A DNA stretch of 64,000 nt from the human T2T-CHM13v2.0 reference genome, Homo sapiens, in NCBI RefSeq assembly GCF_009914755.1, contig NC_060935.1; one strand, 5' to 3'. Of the stretch, positions 42,640 through 56,196 are shown one piece after another (the first letter of the stretch is position 1; each line of letters starts with the position of its first letter). The position numbers and the translations under genes are program-made. Under the pieces are notes generated by a model. It was given only the letters and a program-made list of their open reading frames with translations. It did not search any database and had not been told where the DNA came from.

Positions 42640-44270
42640 AACATAATATTGGGTGAGAATAACAAGGTTGAAAAACTGACACTATCTAACTTCAAGATTT
42701 AACATGGAGCTACAGTAACTAATACAGTGTGGTATTAGCTGAAAAAAAATAGACAAAGAGATCAATGGAACTGTATAGAGAGCTCAGAAATAGATCCATG
42801 CAAATATAGGCAACTGGTCTTTGACAAAGGAGCAAAAACAATACAATGGAGAAAGACAGTCTTTTCACTGAATGGTTCTGAAACACTTAGACATCCACAT
42901 GCAGAAAAATGCATATAGACAGAGACCTTACATCATTTACAAAAAATAACTCAACAATGCATCATAGAACTAAATGCAAAACTATAAGACTCCTAGAAGA
43001 CAGCACAGGAAAAAATCTGGATGACCTTGGTATGAAGATGACTTTTTAGATACAAAATTAAAGGCATGATCATAAGAAAAATAATTGGTAAGCTAGACTT
43101 AGTTAAAATTAAAAACTTTTGTTTTGTGAAAGACAATGTCAAAACAATGAGAAAACAAGCCGTAGCTTGTGAGTAAACGTTTGCAAAAGACACATCTGAT
43201 AAAGGACTGTTATCCAAAATACACGAAAAACTTATAAAACTCACTACCTGAAAATGAACAATCCAAATGAGCAAAATACTTGAACAAACACCTCACCAAA
43301 GAAGTTATACAGATGGCAAATAAGCACATGAAAAGATCCTTGACATCATATGTTATCAGGGAAATAGAAATTAAAACAACAATGAGGTAGCACTTACCCA
43401 TCTATTACAATGGCCAAAATCCAGAACACTGACCATGCCAAATGCTAACAAGAATGTGGAGCAACTGGAATTCATTCATGGCTGGTAGGAATGCAAAATA
43501 TTACAGCCACTTTGGAAGACAGTTTGGAGGTCTCTTACAAAACTAAACACACTCTTACCATACAATGGAACAATTGGTCTCCTTGATATTCACCCCAAAA
43601 AAGTTGGAAATTTATTTCCAACAAAAAACCTGCACATGGATGTTTATAGCAACTTTAATTATAATTGCCAAAACTTGGAAGAAACCAAGATGTCCCTTAG
43701 TTGGTGAATTGATAAATAAACCACAGTACAACCAGACAATGGAATATTATTTATCACTAAAAATAAATGAGCTATCAAGCCATGAAAAGACATGAAGGAA
43801 CCTTAAATGCATATTACTAAGTGAAAGAAAAGAATCTGAAAAGGTTGCATACTGTGTGATTCCAACTATATGACATTCTGGAAAAGGTAAAGCTATGGAA
43901 GTAGTAAAAACCTCAGTGTTTGTTAGGTATTGGAGGGCAGGGATGGATGAAAATGTGGAGCACAGAGGTTTTTTAGGGCAGTAAAAATACTCTGTATCGT
44001 AGCATAATGATGGATACATGTCATTAATTTGTCTAAACTTATAAAATGTACAACAGCAAGAGTGAACCCTAATAAACCATGGACTTTGGACAATTATGAT
44101 GTATCAATGTAGGTTCATCAATTATAGCAAATGCACCACTCTGGTGGGGGATGTTGATAATGGGGGAGACTATGTATGTGTGGGGGCTGGGAATATATGA
44201 AAAATCTCTGAACTTTTTGTCTTAATTATGCTGTAATCCTAAAACTACTTTTAAAAAAATAAATTCTTGA
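42640..44270 (+). mobile_element. L1MC1-like 5'-truncated LINE
   Basis: ORF2 3' part and L1MC1-type 3'UTR; TSD aaatt(g/t)cagggtagc still visible at ~42625-42638 and ~44273-44286. Confidence 0.88.
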
Positions 44271-45559
44271 AAAATTTCAGGGTAGCTTAAATAGTACTAT
44301 ATGTTTGGAATGTGAGGTGAGAGGCAGGGAGTAGAGGGGGAGAACACTGGAAAGGGTGGCTTGAATGCTTGATGGAAAGGAGCTTAGACTTGATCTTATA
44401 TGGTGAGCCATTGGAGATTTCCGAGCAGAGGAGTGTATTTATCTTTCTATTCCATGGTGTGTGGCACATTGCCTTGTTCTTGGTAGCACTTTTTAGCATT
44501 TGTCACTTTCCTGGCACAAGAGGGGACTCTGGCCCCCAACCTGAAGCCATCCTCTGTTTACACAGGAAAAAATAATTCCCCATCCTCTTGCATATACCAA
44601 TTTTCTTGCCAGCCTCTCTGCCAAATCCTCCCAGGTCTGTGAGCAATTTTTCTCTTTTAACTGAGGCCAAATTGCTGCCTCCATGTTGTTGTCACTGCTA
44701 CAGATCCTACTAATTTCTTTTTTGAGAACAGAAGACAAATAAGTGCTGGTCCAGTGGAAGAAGCATTAGCCTGGGAGGCTTAAGGAACCAGAGTCCTAAT
44801 CCCCACTCCACAAGTACCTAGAGTGTAACTTTGGACTATATTCCATCTATAAAATGAATAGATGATCTCTACCTTTCCTTCCAACTTTCTGAGTGTCTGA
44901 TTTTAAGTACAGGGTCAACCCTCTTCAGCTAGGCCAGAGATGGATATATCTGCAAAGTTCTGCTTTACCATGTGACAGAATAATTCTTTGTGATTGTAAT
45001 CTGTTTTTATTCTCCCTGTACTTTGCCTCACGTCTCCACATTCCACCTCCTCCTTACCCATTCTAGGAAGATTGCCAGGAACGGTAGATCTCTGCCTAAA
45101 GGGAGTTTTGTGCTGCTAAGTTAGAAGCAGAAGTTGCTGAAGGAATTTCTCTCTGCCAGTGTTCTTTGAAATCCTAAATGCACCGAAGATACTAGGCTAC
45201 TTGTTCCACTGGGATGCAGAGAAAAGAACCTCTTAGTTAGGATGTCCATAAAATCGAGCTTCTGAACAAGGAAATTTTTGAATACAAGGTAACATCATTT
45301 AGAATTACCCTGGATGGTTCACGGCAAACTGTGTGATGTAGTCACCCTTCACCACCATCAAATTCAAGAAGAAATGTAACCTCACTTTCCACTCTCTTGT
45401 ATGGACATCACTTATCCATCTTCACACTCTTTCCACTGAGCCCAGATGAGCCTAGAACCCCTCTCAACATAGTGCTCCTGACATTCACTACTCATCCATT
45501 GGTGTTGACCCTTGAGTTGTTATATTTTTATTACAGATATTCTTGTAATAAAAGGCAAA

Positions 45560-45991
45560 TGTAGTGGATACCATGAAGCTCTGCGCAGATCCCACCTAAG
45601 GGCTGATTAACCCGTCCCCTAGCTGCTGAGCTGGCTGGCTACTAATGGCTTACAGCTGGCCCCCTCACCAAGCATTGAACCTCTGCTGAAGGAAACTGGA
45701 TTAGCCAAATTCATACCCCTTCCCAGGCGCACCAGAGACCAATGACTGGCTGATGCAGGGATACAAAGGCAAAACCTCTCTTTCCTCAACTTGAGTCGGG
45801 CCCCAAAGGGCATTCCAGCTCCAGAGCTTCCCATGGGATTAGCTCAGGCTGATGACAAGTCAGTTTCTCTTTTCATCCAATCTTGACTTCCTCACTTCGT
45901 ACATATGCATCCTTTAAGAGTCCTTCTCAATCAACCTTCTGCATACAACTCTCCGTTTCAAGCTCTGTTTCCAGGGAGCCCTGTCTAAGCA
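45560..45991 (+). mobile_element. LTR16-family (ERVL) solo LTR
   Basis: tgtagtggata start; 'ccaatgactggctgatgcagggatacaaagg...cattccagctccagagcttccc...ctctgtttccaggga'. Confidence 0.8.
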
Positions 45992-46618
45992 ACCAAATCA
46001 CCCCTATGCTATTAGCAAGAAGTAAACTCTGAGGTTGACTTCCTAATTTCTACCTTAATGATGTGGATCAACTGGCATACTTATTAAATTTAGTTGAAAC
46101 TGGTTTAAAACTGCCCTGGAAAATGCGTATCCCTTCACTCTTTACGCTCAGAAAAGTGAAACTCCTCTCACTCTTTGGTCTCTAGTGGAAACGTTAGCTT
46201 AAAGAAACAGGGTTGCTACGTGGTCTCACAGCCATGTAGAGGAGACAGCAGACCTGAGTTTTACTTCTGCCTTTGCAACTAACCCTATGATGTACACAAA
46301 TTACTTCTTTTCTTTAGATGGTCCAAATTTACATATAAAATATGGGGGTTACCAGAAAAATTATCCAAAACTTGGAATGGAGGCAGAAAGTTTAGTTCCA
46401 CATTCTTTCAATGTTATACAGGAAAAAAGAACAGCCAAAGATTGTCTAGAGGAATGTATTTCATTCTTCTCACTACTTGCTATTAGATTTAGTACAATTA
46501 TTTTTTACTTGGTAGAGTTTTTTCTGGTAGATATGCAAATAATTTCTGTCAATGGAACAGATGACCACGATGATATATATCTCAGTTCTTTGTAACTAAT
46601 GAACTTTCCTAACATTTC

Positions 46619-46637
46619 ATATATATATGTGTGTGTG

Positions 46638-46672
<35 letters not shown>

Positions 46673-46682
46673 GTATATATAT
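46619..46682. repeat. (TA)n/(TG)n microsatellite
   Basis: Seen directly. Confidence 0.92.
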
Positions 46683-49600
46683 CTGACTTCTTAAATGTTC
46701 TTTGAACCAGTCCTAACATTTCAGTGGTTCTCTTACTAATTAATGAGTTAAACAATTTTTTACATGTGGTCCATATTATATTTGCTTAAGAGTCATGATT
46801 TCACCTTTTTGAAAACGTACTTCCACAGTCTTGATCTGCCCCATGATACTGGAAGAAAACCAATACACACACCCACCTTGAGGACTCAGAATCTCATGGT
46901 ACTAATGTAACACAAAGACATCTAGGACTCCCTTCTGTAGAAACCTTTTGGACCATTTTAACTTTCAAAGAGTACTTAGCAATACCAGAGTAACCGTAGC
47001 CACCATCCTTGATCTCTGTGTGGCTGGGGCAGGGTTGGGAGAAAGAATAACACAACCAAGGCTTAGTGAGAGGGACTTTCCCAAAGTTTCCCAAGGTCTG
47101 AGAGACATAAGCATTATCAGAGCTGAGATTCAAACCTGGGCCGGTCTAGCAGTAAAGGCAGTACCTTAACTACCACTCCTCATACCATCATGCTATGTCT
47201 CATGTGCTGATATTCCCAACATATCACATGTGCCCAACACATACACATTCAGTGCATACCCCGCACAATTAAGAATTTTAAAGTACAGCTATTTCTAAAG
47301 GATCACATTTATTTGATGAACCTCAGTTCAGAGCTCTGGAAAAGACAGACATCCTAGAGCCAAACAGGTCTATGCTGCATCCCATCGTTGCCATTTAGTG
47401 GCCAATTAGCAGTGTAACCTTGAACCAGAAATGAAAGCACCTGAGCTTCAGTTTCCTCCCCTGTCATATGCAAATAATCCTCATAGCTTGTTATAAGAAT
47501 TAAAGTAGAAAAAGTTTGTTAAGGCACTTAGCATGGAGTTTAGCTCAAAGATGCCCCCACCCACTGTCTTTCCTTCCCCTCTCAGAGGACCTGGAGGGCT
47601 TTGAGGGCTTGGCTGTGCTGCAGCTTCGCCCAGCCCCCACTCCAGCCACTCAGTGATCAAGGGATGGGAAAATCGCTCTCTTCAAACAGGTGTCACTGTT
47701 CTAAACCTACAGTCTCATTTCCTGATCGTGTCTTAATCTGCTCGTCGGTGGTGAAAGTTGATTTCTTGCACATTCTTATATCAGTGGGAATTTCTGCCCT
47801 TGGCTGACAGGCATTATGGGCTGGCTTTGACATACAGCCCTACAGGGCCTGAACAGCCCCTATTCTTTCCCAGTCCTGAAAGGGAGCTTTGTGCCAAGGA
47901 TTCATTAAACTGCACTGCACAGCCCCTTCCTAAATGGGGCTCAATAATGAACAGTCGATTTAACTGGAAAAGCTGCTGGAGCTGTTAAATTAAAGGGAAA
48001 TAAAGTGCACTTTAGGCTCAGTCTGCCAGAAGAAATGGTGACCTAAAAGGAAAATCTTCATTTTTATTGAATTGCAGTTTATAAAAAAATCTAAAATGTC
48101 CAGGAAGCTTCCCTGTGACAGGCAATGAGACATAAAAGCTCAGAATTGCAGGCTTGAGGTAGTGCTTGCTTTTTGTTCACCAGAGTCATCCCAAAGTGAA
48201 TCTTAGGCTCTTAGAGGATATGGACGAATGATCTAATTTTGAGAAGGAGATAGGAGGAGACTCTGTTACATGCCACAAGAAGTATTGGTTAAAAAAATTT
48301 TTTTTAATATTTTGTTTAAGACTAGGCTTTCACTTTCATTCTTTGAACATTTGAAGGACCAAAGGCCATTCTTTTCAGTTTCTCTGCTGTTTCAGTCAGG
48401 GATAAGAAATATCTCTCAGAGGAAAACCAGTTCTTTCTTCATACACTACAAATCAGAGCTATATTTGATGTGAGTATTTTGCTCTGAAATCTGACTCAGT
48501 AGCCTCTCTTTTAGATTTGAGATTTTCACAAGTAGGTGTAAATCCTCTGAAGAATTTTCTCTTCAACTTCCTCTTCTAAGTTATAACTTCTTAGCATGGT
48601 GAGATAGAACTTTCACTAGTGTATGCTGAAATGCTATGATTTCCAATAACTCGTATGTGCAAGAAGCAAAAGCCACTGTGCTTTGGCAGAAAAAATAACC
48701 ATATGGTGATCTTAGCTTTTCTCCACTAAGCTGCCATGAGCTGGGAATTCTTCTTAACATGCCTTTCTGTACTTCGTCTGTCTTCAAATCTTTATATAGT
48801 CTGTTCCAGGGTGTATTACAGATTTCATTACCCTAGTCAAGGTCTTTTCTGGCTTTCATCTTTAAGAATGTTTTTAACATCAAAAATGACAGTCAGTTAT
48901 CACAGAGAATTTAAGGAGAAATCTGAAAAGCAGCGTGAAAAAAATAAAGACCCACTTCCACCCTCATTGTTCAGGGTCACTGGAATCCAAATACAAATTT
49001 TCAGTTGCAAAGCTCTATCGAAAAAGCAAAACTTCCTTCCTAAGAAACTGTATGCTCTCTTTCTAGAACCCACTTCATTTTTTGAATTCTAAGCCATCGA
49101 TTTAGTTTCTAGGATGCAGCATCAGGCAATTTAAAGTCACCTTGAAAATACTCTAAAATTGAAAAAATCGTACATGCATGTCTTTATTTTTAATAGTAAC
49201 TATGATGATCCACTAAATAGTATTGTTTTATCCTGCATCTATCTACCATAAATGAGTCACAGTTGACCAGTATAAATCATGGGCCCTCCACAACATAAAA
49301 TTCTGGATTTATAGCAAAACTGCTGCCTGTGACAACTTCTGGGATAGACTATGTCCAAATGTACCCTAATGGTTATCAGAGTCTTCCTCTTCATCAGAGC
49401 AACACATAAAGTTTTATTCATCTTACATTAAAAATTGCCAGACTATAGAATAGTTATGCCATTCTGTGTGAATTCTGTGCACTTAATTACAGTTTGACAT
49501 TTAGCTGTGGGGAGAATACTCATTAGAAAATGCATATATGACCAGTCCACCTTCTGCATATGGCATCAGCCATTCAAATGCATTCTTCCAGTCATGACTT

Positions 49601-50554
49601 ATGCCTACATAAATAATCATCAACCTATTCAAAAGACATTTAGCCTTATAAAATGGGAGATAAGAGGACTTTCCAGATCTGCACTGATTGGTCTACGGTC
49701 ATACCACAAGTTAAGGAGATTGTTGGTATGTTATAGCTTGTATAGAGAAAAACGACTGGGAGAAGGAGGATGATCAAAATTAAACCATGAGAGAAAGGAT
49801 GCTTCCATAAGGTTCAGAACATTCTTATAGCATAGAGTGAAAAAAAAGCCCTTTATTTTAAACAGTGTATAATCTTTCTGAGGAAAGGAAAGAAGGTATC
49901 CTGAGTGCCTGACAGATATTACAACAGGTAGAGATTTAATAAATACTTGTGACTGATGTAAAAGAAAGGAGAGAAGAAAGGGAAGATAAGAAAAGCAGCG
50001 GTGGAGGGGGAAAGGAATGAGAGACAATGGAAAGAGAATGTTAGCCCAGGGAAAATTAGAAACAACTTTCTTTGAATAATTAAAGTACTGCATTTGAGAA
50101 AGAGATTAGACTTATTATTTCAAAAAGCAAATACTTCAGCTGGAAGCCATGAATAAAAAGCTAGAAGAAAATAAATCTTAAACCAATATAATGAAGAAAT
50201 TCACCACAGAACTATCTAAGCATGAGATCGGCCATCTCAGAAGGCAGTGAGTTCCCTGAACTGAAGATAATCCAACATTAATTAGGTGTTTTATCTCAGG
50301 TATTTTGTAGAGATGATTACAAACACCAGATAATAAATATTGTTTCCTTGGTGTCCAATATCTGATAGATATTTTGCAAACACATACTGTTCTCTCTACT
50401 TATTCCCTTTCATTAAATCTTCGCAACCATGCCTGCTCCTACATTTGCAGGGCCTGAGGCAAGTGTACACATGCATGAAGGCCCACATACCGAATGTCTA
50501 AATAAAGTTTTATATCACACTAACAAACTGTGAAATAAAATATATTTGAAAGTT

Positions 50555-51934
50555 ATAGATCCGGATAAGATGGAGTAAACACACTTCACTCTGCCTCTCC
50601 CACTGAAGGTAACTATTAAACCTGGACAGAATACACAAGGCAGCAATGAGGACCCTGAAGAGAAAATAGTAGTAGGTAGATTAAGGAAGACCAGAATCTG
50701 AAATACCACCAAATGGCAGTGCGTTCACCATTTTTTACCTCCGACATTCTCCAGACTGGACTCATGGCCTGAAAATAAGAAGTACACAGTGTCATGGATG
50801 GAGAGCACTAGAAAAATTATTCTATTCTGTCTCAAGGAGCATCTTACTCAGTGAGAGTATTGAGGAATCCCTTTTTTTCTTTCCTTTTTTTTTTTTTTTT
50901 AATTCTCTCATGCCCTAATCCTCAAGCAGTCTTGCAGTAGTGATGGTAGCATCAAGGTGAGTGGCAGCAGTGGTAGAGGACTTGCAGGCAAGTAAAATTT
51001 TGAAGGATGGGAGAATTTTCCTTCCCAGTCAGAGCAACTATGTTCCTAAGAGAGTGTGACAAACTCAATTGCTTTCTTTTTCCTTCTGTTCTTCTGCCAC
51101 TTGAACCTGGAAGTGGGCGCAGCTATAGCAGAGCAAGATAAATAAAGCCCAGCTGGCAGAGGGATGGAAAAGAGATCCTGGAAATGGAAAAATACCAGGA
51201 ACATAGATTGTGGAGACAGAGGAGCTATGGGGAAAGTAACTTACTCTAAAGAAGAAGAAAGTTCTCAAGTCAATCATCTAAGCTTCCATCTTTAAAAAAA
51301 ATTAGAAAAATAGGATCAAAATAAGCCCAAAACAAGCAGAAGAAAACATATTTATAAAAACAAAATTCAACAAAATTGAAAACCAGAGAATAGAAAGTCA
51401 TTGAAACCAAAAGTGGTTTCCTTGAAAATATTAATAAACTTTATGAACCTCTAACAATAGTGACAAATTAAAATGAGGGAAGACACAAATTACTAATACA
51501 AGAAATGAAAGAGATGATATATCTACAAATTCCACAGACATTAAAAGGATAATAAGAAAACACCACAAAGAATTCTATGCACATACATTCAATAATTTAG
51601 ATGAAATGGATGAAGCCCTCAAAAATCACAATCAAAACTCACTCAAGAAGAGGAAGCCCTATAGCTATTATAGAAATTAAGTCTATAACTTTAAATTGTC
51701 TGAAAAAGAAATCTCCAGAATCAGAATTTCACTGTTAAATTATATCCACCATTTAAAGAAGAAACAACATTGATTCTGTAATTGCTTTCAGAATGTAAAA
51801 GAGAAAGGATCACATCCCAAATTATTTTATGAGGCCAGAATTATCCTGATACCAAAACCAGAGAAAGACATTAGAAGAAAAGAAAATAGACCAATATCCT
51901 TCAGGAACATAGACACAAATCGAAATCAGCAATA
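50555..51934 (+). mobile_element. Old L1M fragments (5'UTR-like then ORF2-like)
   Basis: 'tccggataagatggagta' 5' end; ORF2-like 'ttatcctgataccaaaaccagagaaagaca' near 51840. Confidence 0.65.
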
Positions 51935-51935
51935 G

Positions 51936-52900
51936 TTTTTTTTTTTTTTTTTCATTATACTTTAAGTTCTGGGATACATGTGCGGGACGTGCAGGTTTGT
52001 TACATAAGTACGCACATGCCATGGTGGTTTGCTGCACACATCAACCTGTCATCTACATTAGATATTTCTCCTAATGGTAGCCCTCCCCTAGCCCCCACCC
52101 CCCGACAGGCCCCGGTGTGTGATGTTCCCCTCCCTGTGTCCATGTGTTCTCATTGTTCAACTCACAATTATGAGTGAGAACTTGCGGTGTTTGATTTTGT
52201 GTTCCTGTGTTAGTTTGCTGAGAATGATGGTTTTCAGCTTCATCCATGTCCCTGCAAAGGACATAAACTCATTTCATATTTTTATGACTGCATAGTATTC
52301 CATGGTGTATATATGCCACATTTTCTTTATCCAGTCTATCACTGATGGGCATTTGGGTTGGTTCCAAGTCTTTGCTATTGTAAATAATGCTGCAGTGCAC
52401 ATACATGTGCATGTATCTTTATAGTAGAATGATTTATAATCCTTTGGGTATATACCCAGTAATTGGACTGCTGTGTCAAATGGTATTTCTGGTTCTAGAT
52501 CCCTGAGGAATTTCCACACTGTATTCCACAATGCTTGAACTAATTTACACTTCCACCAACAGTGTAAAAAGCGTTCCTATTTCTCCACATCCTCTCCAGC
52601 ACCTGTTGTTTCCTGACTTTTTAATGATCACCATTCTAACTGGTGTGAGATGGTATCTCATTGTGGTTTTGAGTTGCATTTCTCTAATGATCAGTGATGA
52701 TGAGCTTTTTTTCATATGTTTGTTGGCCACATAAATGTCTTCTTTTGAGAAGTGTCTGTTCATATCCTTTGCCCACTTTTTGATGGGGTTATTTTTTTCT
52801 TGTAAATTTGTTTAAGTCCCTTGTAGATCCTGGATATTAGCCCTTTGTCAGGTGGATAGATTGAAAAAATTTTCTCCCATTCTGTAGGTTGCCTGTTCAT
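51936..52900 (-). mobile_element. L1PA7-like 3' end (resident element, 3' part)
   Basis: Poly-T, L1PA7-type 3'UTR 'catggtggtttgctgcac', ORF2 C-terminal peptides on the minus strand. Confidence 0.9.
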
Positions 52901-53617
52901 TCTTTTTTTGTGCAGAAGCTCTTTGGTTTAATTAGATCCCATTTGTCTATTTTGGCTTTGGTTGCCATTGCTTTTGGTGTTTTAGACGTGAAGTCCTTGC
53001 CCATGCCTATGTCCTGAATGGTATTGCCTAGGTTTCCTTCTAGGGTTTTTATGGTTTTAGGTCTAACATTTAAGTCTTTAATCCATCCTGAATTAATTTT
53101 TGTATAAGGTGTAAGGAAGGGATCCAGTTTCAGCTTTCTACATATGGCTAGCCAGTTTCCCCAGCACCATTTATTAAATAGGGAATCCTTTCCCCATTTC
53201 TTGTTTTTGTCAGGTTTGTCAAAGATCAGATGGTTGTAGATATGCAGCCTGGAATACTATGCAGCCATAAAAAATGATCAGTTCATGTCTTTGTAGGGAC
53301 ATGGATGAAGCTGGAAACCATCATTCTCAGCAAACTATCGCAAGGACAAAAAACCAAACACCGCATGTTCTCACTCATAGGTGGGAATTGAACAATGAGA
53401 ACACATGGACACAGGAAGGGGAACATCACACACTGGGGCCTGTTGTGGGGTGCGGGGAGGGTGGAGGGATAGCATTAGGACATATACCTAATGCTAAATG
53501 ACGAGTTAATGGGTGCAGCACACCAACATGGCACATGTATACATATGTAACAAACCTGCATGTTTTGCACATGCACCCTAAAACTTAAAGTATAATAAAA
53601 TAAAAAGTAAAAAAAAA
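52901..53617 (+). mobile_element. Younger L1PA (PA3-5-like) with 5' inversion
   Basis: Antisense ORF2 segment to ~53249, fused to sense 3'UTR and A tail (53250-53617). Confidence 0.8.
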
Positions 53618-54008
53618 GAATGTGTAAGCAAAAACTCAGTTGTGTGTAAGAAAACCCAATTGCCCCTAAAGAAGAGAAAGAGCTGGAGTCCTTAAAAATT
53701 AACTGCCTGTTTTTCTGTGGCTAGTAAACCTTCTCTCTCCCTTTCCCAGGCATTGTGAAGACTGTTTCTCTAGCTGTGAAGCTGCAAGGTCACTAGACAG
53801 ATAATCTCAAGTCGTAAAACATGTGTTCCTTGAAAAGTAAGAAATGATGTAATGCATGTCTTAATTGAATAACTGTCTTTGTTTCTAGCTTCTGTCTCCC
53901 CCTGCCCCATGAAATGCTTAAAAGGTAGCTTGACTCTTTGTTCAAGCTCAGTCCTTTGGATGTTAATCCAACTGGGTCAGTGCACTAAATAATTAAATAA
54001 TTCCTCCT
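53618..54008 (+). mobile_element. ERV1-class LTR fragment ending at its poly(A) site
   Basis: LTR-like U3/R sequence with TATA-like ttaaaa, ATTAAA at ~53992, then aaaaa(ta)n; family not identified. Confidence 0.6.
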
Positions 54009-54019
54009 AAAAATATATA

Positions 54020-56196
54020 TATATTGTTATGTGTGAGTCTGATCCTGTCATTATGATTCCAGCTGTTTATTTTGCCTGTTAGTTGATGCAGTTTCTTCAT
54101 AGTGTCGATGATCTACTATTTGGTATGTTTACAGTGGCCGTACTGGTTTTTCCTTTCCATGTTTAGTGCTTCCTTCAGGAGCTCTTGTAAGGCAGGCCTG
54201 GTGGTGACAAAATCTCTCAGCATTTGCTTGTCTGTAATGGATTTTATTTCTCCTTAGCTTATGAAGCTTAGTTTGGTTGGATATGAAATTCTGGGTTGCG
54301 AATTATTTTCTTTAAGAATGTTGAATATTGGCCCCCACTCTCTTCTGGCCTGCAGGGTTTCTGCAGAGAGATCTGCTATTAGTCTGATGGGCTTCCCTTT
54401 GTGGGTAACCCAACCTTTCTCTCTGGCTCCCCTTAACGTTTTTTCCTTCATTTCAACCATGGTGAATCTGACAATTACGTGACTTGGGGTTGCTTTCTCA
54501 AAGAGTATCTTTGTGGTGTTCTCTGTATTTCCCGAATTTGAATGTTGGCCTGTCTTTCTAGGTTGGGGAAGTTCTCCTGGGTAATATCCTGCAAAGTGTT
54601 TTCCAACTTGGTTCCATTCTCCCCGTCACTTTCAGGTACACCAATCAAACATAGGTTTGTTCTTTTCACATAGTCCCATATTTCTTGGAGGCTTTGTTTG
54701 TTCCTTTTCATTCTTTTTTCTCTAATCTTGTCTTCTCACTTTATTTCAGTAAGTTGATCTTCAATCTCTGATATCCTTTCTTCTGCTTGATCATTTTGGC
54801 TATTGATACTTGTGTAAGTTTCACAACGTTCTCGTGCTGTGTTTTTCAGCTCCATCAGGGCATTTATGTTCTTCTCTAAACTGGTTATTCTAGTTAGCAA
54901 TTCATCTAACCTTTTTTCAAGGTTCTTAGTTTCCTTGCATTGGGTTAAAACATGCTCCTTTAGCTCAGAGGAGTTTGTTATTACCCACCTTCTAAAGCCT
55001 ACTTCTGTCAATTCGTCAAACTTATTCTCTGCCCAGTTTTGTTCCCTTGCTGGCAAGGAGGTATGATCCTTTGAAGGAGAAGAGGCATTCTAGTTTTTGG
55101 AATTTTCAGCCTTTTTGCGCAGGTTTTTCCTCATCTTCATGGATTTATCTACCTTTGGTCTTTGATGCTGGTGATGCAGATCTCTCAGATGGGGTTTCTG
55201 TGTGGATGTCCTTTTTGTTGATGTTGATGCTATTGCTTTCTGTTTGTTAGTTTTCCTTCTAACAGGCCTCTCTGCTGCAGGTCTGCTGGAGTTTGCTGGA
55301 GGTCCACTCCAGACCCTGTTTTCCTGGGTATCACCAGCAGAGGCTGCAGAACAGCAAAAATTGCTGCCTGTTCCTTCCTCTGGAAACTTCATCCCAGAGG
55401 GGCACCTGCCAGATGCCAGCCAGAGCTCTCCTGTATGAGGTGTCTGTTGACCCCTGCTGGGAGGTGTCTCCCAGTCAGGAGGCACTGCGGTCAGGGACCC
55501 ACTTGAGGAGGCAGTCTGTCTCTTAGCAGAGCTTGAGCACTGTGCTGGGAGATCCACTGCTGTCTTCAGAGTCGACAGGCAGGAACATTTAAGTCTGCTG
55601 AAGCTGTGCCCACAGCAACCCCTTCCCCCAGGTGCTCTGTCCCAGGGAGATGGGAGGTGTTTTTTTTGTTGTTGCTTTTCTTTTTGTTTGTTTGTTTTTG
55701 TTTGTTTGTTTTTTGTTTTTTGTTTTTGAAACGGAGTCTCACTCTGTCACCCAGGCTGGAGTGCAGTGGCACGATCTCGGCTCACTGCAACCTCTGCCCC
55801 TCCAGGTTTAAGCAATTCTCTGCTTCAGCCTCCAGAGTAGCTGGGATTTACAGGCGCGTGCCACCATGCCCGGCTAATTTTTTGTATTTTTAGTAGAGAC
55901 GGGGTTTCACCATCTTGGCCAGGCTGGTCTTGAACTCCTGACCTCGTGATCCACCCACCTCGGGTCTTCCAGTGTGCTGGGATTACAGGTGTGAGCCACT
56001 GCGCCTGGCCGGGAGTTTTATCTATAAGCCCCTGACTGACTGGGCCTTCTGTTTTTCTTTCAGAGATGCCCTGCTCAGAGAGGAGGAATCTAGAGAGGCA
56101 GTTTGGCTACAGCGGCTTTGCTGCACTGCAGTGGGCTCCGCCCAGTTCGAACTTCCTGGTAGCTTCGTTTACACTGTGAGGGGAAAACCACCTACT
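54020..56196 (-). mobile_element. L1PA7-like 5' part (partial 5'UTR, ORF1, start of ORF2)
   Basis: ORF1 peptides (QSLQEIWDYVKR, GKPIRLIADLSAETLQARREWGPIF); ORF2 start ATGACAGGATC at ~54051. Confidence 0.92.
55660..56010 (-). mobile_element. AluS nested in L1 5'UTR, (TTTG)n tail
   Basis: Antisense Alu; gggag-containing TSD. Confidence 0.93.
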
